This document shows positions 58,750-64,000 of a DNA stretch of 64,000 nt, piece after piece. Below the pieces are notes generated by a model. The model made no database searches and was not told the DNA's origin. It saw only the letters and a list, made by a program, of their open reading frames with translations. The stretch is from Candidatus Micrarchaeia archaeon. GTDB lineage: Archaea; Micrarchaeota; Micrarchaeia; Anstonellales; Bilamarchaeaceae. The stretch spans positions 331,122-395,121 of the forward strand of contig JBAZMS010000001.1 in assembly GCA_041649555.1 (NCBI GenBank). The letters are read 5' to 3'. The translations under genes and the position numbers were made by a program. The first letter of the stretch is position 1, and each line of letters begins with the position of its first letter.

Positions 58750-60060
58750 TTGCAATATTTTCTATTTATGAAATCCTACATTTTAGATATTTTAACTTCA
58801 AAAGAGGAAGGAAAACATGTGAGTGTTTGCGGATGGGTGTATCGGCATAGAATAAGTGGAAATATGGCATTTGCAATAATCCGTGATTCAACAGGTATAA
58901 TCCAGTGCACAATAAAAAAAGACAAGGTTGATGAAAAAAGCTGGAAGAATACGCAAGATGCATATATTGAAAGTTCTGTAATCATTTCTGGAACAATAAA
59001 AAAAGATGAACGGGCTCCGGGAGGATATGAACTTTTGGCTGACAAATTTGAAACAATCTCAAGAGGGGAGCCGTTTCCAATCTCGAAGGATTTATCAGAA
59101 GAATTTCTTTTAGATGTCAGGCATTTATGGATGAGATCCCAAAAAATAACAAATATAATGAAGGCAAGAAGCCACATTGTAAATTATTTAAGGGAATTTT
59201 TTGCAAATGAAAATTTTTGGGAGTTCGCACCCCCAATAATTACAAAATCAGGTTGCGAAGGTGGTTCTACCTTATTTGAAATGAATTATTTTGGGGAGAA
59301 GGCATATCTTACCCAGAGTTCACAGATGTATGCAGAAGTTTTTATCTACTCTCATGAAAAAGTTTATGTTTTTGCACCTTCGTTTAGGGCTGAAAAATCA
59401 AGAACGATAAGGCATCTGGCAGAATATTGGCATCTTGAACCTGAAATGGCATGGTATGACCAAAAAATGAATATGGAACTGCAGGAAAAAATGCTTGAAT
59501 ATGTTGTGCAAAAAATGGTTGCAAATCACCCGGATCTTTTGAAAATCTGTGGAAGAGAGCCTGAAGAATTGAAAAATATAAAAGTTCCCTTTCCCCGCCT
59601 TGATTATTCAAAAGCAATTGAAAAAGTTAATGAGCTTGGAGGAAAAATGAAATGGGGGGATGATTTTGGAGCAGATGAGGAATCTCTTCTCACAAAAGAA
59701 TATGATGTTCCGTTGTTTGTCCATAATTTTCCCAAAGAAATAAAGGCATTTTATATGAAAGAGGATCCAAAAAAACCAGATACTGTTTTGAATGCAGATG
59801 TTTTAGCCCCCCATGGACATGGAGAAATAATCGGAGGATCAGAGCGTATCTGGGAATTGGAGGAGCTTCTTTCAAGAATGAAAGAACAAAATCTTAATAT
59901 TGATGATTATAAATGGTATGTAGACCTTAGAAGATATGGCTCTGTTCCCCATTCAGGCTATGGCCTTGGGGTTGAAAGATTAGTTAAATGGATTTTAAAT
60001 CTGGATCATATCCGTGATACTATTCCGTTTCCCAGAACTATTAATAGGTGCTATCCTTGA
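58750..60060 (+). CDS. asnS: Asparaginyl-tRNA synthetase (class IIb)
   Basis: Motif 2 PSFRAEKSRTIRHLAEYWHLEPEMAW closely matches the AsnRS consensus (FRAE..T.RHLAEFW.LEPE.AF). Motif 3 GYGLGVERL. Start may be at 58768. Confidence 0.7.
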   Translation: MQYFLFMKSYILDILTSKEEGKHVSVCGWVYRHRISGNMAFAIIRDSTGIIQCTIKKDKVDEKSWKNTQDAYIESSVIISGTIKKDERAPGGYELLADKFETISRGEPFPISKDLSEEFLLDVRHLWMRSQKITNIMKARSHIVNYLREFFANENFWEFAPPIITKSGCEGGSTLFEMNYFGEKAYLTQSSQMYAEVFIYSHEKVYVFAPSFRAEKSRTIRHLAEYWHLEPEMAWYDQKMNMELQEKMLEYVVQKMVANHPDLLKICGREPEELKNIKVPFPRLDYSKAIEKVNELGGKMKWGDDFGADEESLLTKEYDVPLFVHNFPKEIKAFYMKEDPKKPDTVLNADVLAPHGHGEIIGGSERIWELEELLSRMKEQNLNIDDYKWYVDLRRYGSVPHSGYGLGVERLVKWILNLDHIRDTIPFPRTINRCYP

Positions 60061-60596
60061 ATGATAAAAATTCAATAATACAGTTGTATCTTTTGCAGAT
60101 AAAAAATAACGGAATAGCCGGGGACTTGTTTTTAAAATTAAATGAAAAGGAAAAGACTTTTCTTGAAAGAAAAGAAGATAAATATTATTTAAAAAATGAA
60201 GTGCGGAATAAAATCAAAGTTGTTTTGACAGGAGGGGTATTTGATATAATTCATCTGGGGCACATATTTACTCTTTCCGAAGCAAAAAAATACGGGGATG
60301 TTTTAATTGTCTCTGTTGCCCGTGACGAATTTATAAATAAAAAAGGCAGAACCCCTCTCCATGATCAGGAGTCTAGGGCAAAACTCATCCAATCCATTAA
60401 AGGAGTTGATTTTGCCATAATTGGATATATACATCCAGAAGAGCTTGTTAGTAATGTAGGACCGGATGTAATCGTTTATGGATATGACCAAAAACCTTTC
60501 TTAAAGCCTGAAGGAGTAAAAATAGTAAAATTAGAAAAAGGAATAAATGAGGTTGAACTTAAAACCGGAAAATTAATTGAAAAATTTGGATTATAA
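60048..60596 (+). CDS. Cytidylyltransferase-family nucleotidyltransferase (RibL-type FAD synthase-like) with ~60-aa N-terminal extension
   Basis: VVLTGGVFDIIHLGHI (HxGH) nucleotidyltransferase motif. Confidence 0.6.
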   Translation: MLSLNDKNSIIQLYLLQIKNNGIAGDLFLKLNEKEKTFLERKEDKYYLKNEVRNKIKVVLTGGVFDIIHLGHIFTLSEAKKYGDVLIVSVARDEFINKKGRTPLHDQESRAKLIQSIKGVDFAIIGYIHPEELVSNVGPDVIVYGYDQKPFLKPEGVKIVKLEKGINEVELKTGKLIEKFGL

Positions 60597-61484
60597 ATTT
60601 TTAAAAAGCTCCAAAATTTCCTCTTCTGTTTTTGTTTGCGTTATTTTTATCCTTAATTCCCTTGCCCCGGAAAACTCTTTTGCAAAGCTTAATGCAATCG
60701 GCTTTAAACAATTATACCCAATCTTATATTTCTCCCTTAATTTATAATACTCTAAAAATCCTTTTTTGGCTAATTTTTCATTATGCTCGATATCTTTTTT
60801 CTTTTTACACTCCTCAAAAATAAACGGGTTTCCAAGGGCAGCCCTTCCGATATAAACCCCATCGCATTTTGTTTCATTTAGCATTTTATATGCGTCTTTC
60901 CAGTTTTTTATGTCCCCATTCCCATATACCGGGATATCCAATTTTTCTTTTATTGATTTAATGGAATTCCAGTCGGCATTTCCAGAGTATCCCTGTTTTG
61001 CAGTCCTTGCATGAATTATTATAGAGTCTGCCCCTGCAGTCTGGATTAATTTTGCAATCTTTATACACTCATTCTTTTCAAATCCAAGCCGTGTTTTTAC
61101 TGAAATCGGCTTTTCAATATTTTTTTTTAGAAGTTTTATTATTTTTCCAAGCCTTTTCAAATCTTTTATTAAGTATGCCCCGGATTTATTTTTAATTATT
61201 TTTTTTACAGAGCATCCCGCATTTATATTTATCTCGCAAAAATTGCTATCCTCAAATTTTTTTGCCGCCAATAACATCTCTTTTTCAGTCTGCCCAAAAA
61301 GTTGGATTGCGCATGGAGCGCTCCCATCAAGTATTGTTGTTGTCGGATCTAATAAACCTGCAATTATTCTTTTATCTGAAACCATCTCGGTTATTGTGAA
61401 ATCTGCCCCATGCCTAGAACACAATAATCTGTATGCAGGATCAGTATATCCCTCCATTGGTGCAAGGGAGAATTTTCTTTTCAT
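60591..61484 (-). CDS. dus: tRNA-dihydrouridine synthase
   Basis: LAPMEGYTD start and TIM-barrel FMN motifs. Confidence 0.8.
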   Translation of the reverse strand: MKRKFSLAPMEGYTDPAYRLLCSRHGADFTITEMVSDKRIIAGLLDPTTTILDGSAPCAIQLFGQTEKEMLLAAKKFEDSNFCEININAGCSVKKIIKNKSGAYLIKDLKRLGKIIKLLKKNIEKPISVKTRLGFEKNECIKIAKLIQTAGADSIIIHARTAKQGYSGNADWNSIKSIKEKLDIPVYGNGDIKNWKDAYKMLNETKCDGVYIGRAALGNPFIFEECKKKKDIEHNEKLAKKGFLEYYKLREKYKIGYNCLKPIALSFAKEFSGARELRIKITQTKTEEEILELFKNL

Positions 61485-62020
61485 TTTTTCAAGGCCTCCA
61501 AAATTATTTTTAAAAGAGAAATATCTATCCCAACTATTGTATCAAATCTTCCCACATATTTTTCTATAGGGGAATTTTTCTCCTGTATCGCATAAGCGCC
61601 TGCCCTTTTTAATACAACCCTATTTTTGCATTCTTTTTCCACATATTTTTTATCTAATCTTTTCAATTTAACTTTTGAAATTGAAACCCCGCAAATCAAT
61701 TTATTATTTTTAATTCCTGCAATTCCACTATAAACCGAGTGCCATTTTCCAGAAAGTATCCGCAATGTTTTTTTTGCATCGTTCTTGTTTTTTGGCTTTC
61801 CTATCAGCTTTCCCTTAAAATAAACTATCGTGTCGCATCCGATAATTATTTTATTTTTTTCATATCCTGTTTTTGCCTTTAGAACCGAATTTTCAATAAC
61901 TGTTTTTCTGGGGCTTTTCAAAACAATTTCGTTTGCGTTTGTTTTTTTAATTTTAAATCTAAACCCTGTCTTTTTTAATAATTTTATCCTCCCTGCAGAA
62001 CCTGACGCCAAAATAAACAT
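61481..62020 (-). CDS. maf: Maf-like nucleoside triphosphate pyrophosphatase
   Basis: ILASGS...IIGCDT...GKP...LSGKWHSVYSG Maf motifs. Confidence 0.75.
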   Translation of the reverse strand: MFILASGSAGRIKLLKKTGFRFKIKKTNANEIVLKSPRKTVIENSVLKAKTGYEKNKIIIGCDTIVYFKGKLIGKPKNKNDAKKTLRILSGKWHSVYSGIAGIKNNKLICGVSISKVKLKRLDKKYVEKECKNRVVLKRAGAYAIQEKNSPIEKYVGRFDTIVGIDISLLKIILEALKK

Positions 62021-62095
62021 AATTTTTCACTTTTTATCCGAATGAAAGATAAAGGTTTTTAAAGGATAACTTATTTATCCCTATAGGTTTTTACA

Positions 62096-62467
62096 ATGGT
62101 ATTTGTAGGTTTTATTCAGAAGTTTTTTCATAAAGAAAATAAACAAAAAGGCGATGAATTCAAAGAACAGATGGAAGAACAAATAAAAACTGGAAAAAAA
62201 ATTGATCCAGATGAGTTTAAATCAAAGAATTTTGACAATTTTATAAAAGACGCAGAAACCCAGAAAAAAATAAGGGAATGGATGAATAAGTGGAATTACA
62301 AAAAAAGAGGGCTGATGGCCCTTTTATACATCCTATGGCTTCAGGGAACTTCAAACAAAAATGTATTAAGGCAGGCAAGTGACATACTTTCAAAACTTAA
62401 AGGGGAAGACATATTTGCCAAGTTTTTAAATGTCCTGAAATTGAAACCAGAGGGAAAGATGAAGTAA
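62096..62467 (+). CDS. Hypothetical Lys-rich protein (123 aa)
   Basis: ORF only. Confidence 0.35.
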   Translation: MVFVGFIQKFFHKENKQKGDEFKEQMEEQIKTGKKIDPDEFKSKNFDNFIKDAETQKKIREWMNKWNYKKRGLMALLYILWLQGTSNKNVLRQASDILSKLKGEDIFAKFLNVLKLKPEGKMK

Positions 62468-62512
62468 TTTTTAAACCCCCTATCTTTATAAATATATTTT
62501 TTTTATTATATT

Positions 62513-62623
62513 ATGCAAGAAAACAAAAAAGACTATTGTCCTACTTGTGGTGCCAAACTCATTTTTCGAGAAGGATGCATGGAATGCATTATCTGCGGCT
62601 GGAGCTCTTGCAAAGAAGGCTGA
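62513..62623 (+). CDS. Small zinc-ribbon protein (36 aa; MQENKKDYCPTCGAKLIFREGCMECIICGWSSCKEG)
   Basis: Manual translation. Two CxxC pairs. Below the ORF-track cutoff. Confidence 0.35.
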   Translation: MQENKKDYCPTCGAKLIFREGCMECIICGWSSCKEG

Positions 62624-62683
62624 TTTGAAAAATATCTTTTCAAATGGTTTAAAAAGATTTATCTTCATTTATATTGTAATTAA

Positions 62684-62838
62684 GCCTCGGTAGCTCAGTT
62701 GGTAGAGCGGCTGACTGTTACCCGCTTTTGACTTATGTCTTACTGATGGCAAAAGCATTGTTGCAAAAGCCATACGGATAAACTGAGACAAAACGGATAG
62801 TAATCAGCAGGCCATAGGTTCGAGTCCTGTCCGGGGCG
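62684..62838 (+). tRNA. tRNA-Asn (anticodon GUU) with an 82-nt intron at the canonical 37/38 position (intron 62721-62802)
   Basis: Exon 1 GCCTCGGTAGCTCAGTTGGTAGAGCGGCTGACTGTTA, exon 2 ATCAGCAGGCCATAGGTTCGAGTCCTGTCCGGGGCG. Acceptor, D-, anticodon- and T-arms all pair. Spliced loop CUGUUAA. Confidence 0.8.
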
Positions 62839-62956
62839 ATTAAAAGTTTTGTGTTTTGTGTTTTGTGTTTTGCAGGCATTCTAGTAACTGGAATGAAATA
62901 AGGCAAAAACATTCCACTAACTGGAACATTTTTAAATCCTTTCGTCTAATAAATAT

Positions 62957-64000
62957 CTATGAAAGATGAAGAATTGCTTAAAGAGATAATTGCTCAGAAT
63001 ATCCATTGGGAAAGTGGAAAAATCGAAATTCCAAATAAAATAATAGAAAGAACAGTATCTTCTCAATTAAAAAAAGAGCTTAATGAAAAACAGGTCATTG
63101 CCTTAATCGGTCTTAGATCTGTTGGTAAAACTACAATTATTAAGCTCCTTATGAAACACCTTCTTATTAACAAAATTGAACCAAAAAAGATATTCTATTT
63201 TTCATTGGATGGTCTACAAAAAGAAGAAAAAATAATCAAGCAAATTATTGATTTATATAGTCGCAATCTTTTAAGAAAGCCTATTAATGAATCAAAGGAT
63301 ACGATTTATTTATTTTTTGATGAAATACAAAAAGTAAAGGATTGGGGGGAAGAAATCAAGTCCTATTATGATAAAAATCTAAAAATTAAATTTATTATTT
63401 CCGGATCTTCAAGTATGAATATTCTAAAAGGGAGTGGAGAAAGTTTGGTTGGGCGAATAATTATACATAAAATTTATCCGTTTTCATTCACGGAGTTTTT
63501 AAAATATAATAATGTGGAAATAGAAAAAATTAATTTGCATAATCTAGCATATCCATCAAAAGCTGAAAAAATTTCAATTCTATTTGAAGATTATATTACA
63601 ATTGGGGGATTTCCTTTGTTTTATAGTTCTCCTGAAGAAATAAGAAAATCATTGCTTAAAAGCATGGTCGATTTGACTTTTTATCGCGATATTGTTAATA
63701 TATTTGATGTCAAAAGAACAGATGTTTTAGAAGGATTGTTTTCTATTTTTATAAAAGAATCGGGAAATGTTATTAATTATTCAAATCTTTCCAATTCATT
63801 AAAAACTAAGTTTGAAACAATTAAATCTTATATGGGATATTTAAGTTCCTCATTTTTAATTTCAAAAAGTTCTTTTTATTCAGGAAGCAAGGTAAAAAGT
63901 CTTGAAAAAAATGAAAAAATTTATGTAGCGGATCATTCATTCGGGCTGTTACAGGAAATCGAGTTGGGCCTTAAAATAGAAACTATCATCTTCAATTCCC
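62957..64000 (+). CDS. AAA+ ATPase/DUF4143 family protein (paralog 3), partial; continues past the window end
   Basis: Walker A GLRSVGKTT, Walker B LFFDEIQ, same architecture as the other two paralogs. Confidence 0.75.

Noticed and set aside
58750-60060. Alternative call as non-discriminating AspRS
   Set aside because: Motif 2 (TIRHLAEYWHLEPEMAW) matches the AsnRS consensus much better than the archaeal AspRS consensus (TTRHLNE...D.EMAF). Kept as asnS with moderate confidence.
62839-62870. (GTGTTTT)4 tandem repeat as a possible regulatory microsatellite
   Set aside because: Most simply explained as a T-rich terminator tract following the tRNA-Asn. Too short to call a distinct element.

Overview
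This is an AT-rich, tightly packed archaeal genome segment with DPANN-like features. Housekeeping genes are interleaved with small secreted and Cys-rich proteins, and rRNA/tRNA genes are unlinked. The dominant feature is a complete, canonically ordered archaeal ribosomal-protein super-operon on the minus strand (13255-27139). It runs L3-L4-L23-L2-S19-L22-S3-L29-SUI1-RNase P p29-S17-L14-L24-S4e-L5-S14-S8-L6-L32e-L19e-L18-S5-L30-L15-SecY-Adk, with many 4-nt ATGA start/stop overlaps. A second conserved cluster on the plus strand is L18e-L13-S9-RpoN-tRNA-Pro-S2 (3797-6133). Other housekeeping genes are glyA-serS, purB, class I lysK, asnS, EF-1alpha, CarS (CDP-archaeol synthase), SppA, Sua5, Dph6, Dus and Maf. 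RNA genes are a stand-alone 5S rRNA, tRNA-Pro(GGG), tRNA-Arg(GCG) and a tRNA-Asn(GUU) with an 82-nt intron. Accessory content includes archaeal type IV pilin-like genes at the window start and a large Cys-repeat surface protein. There are three paralogous AAA+ ATPase/DUF4143 (PD-(D/E)xK-like C-terminus) genes. One is flanked by ~20-bp direct repeats that duplicate the adk 3' end, and one lies next to the tRNA-Asn. An ankyrin-repeat protein and a HEPN/MNT toxin-antitoxin pair sit in a hypothetical-gene island next to the 5S gene. A radical-SAM-rich cluster (two B12-binding rSAMs, one rSAM, a methyltransferase, a tandem Lrp/AsnC regulator) is contiguous with an AmmeMemoRadiSam triad. A 420-bp non-coding region carries a 52-nt perfect tandem repeat and many hairpins and may be a structured ncRNA. 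A SpoT/Mesh1-like HD hydrolase is also present.
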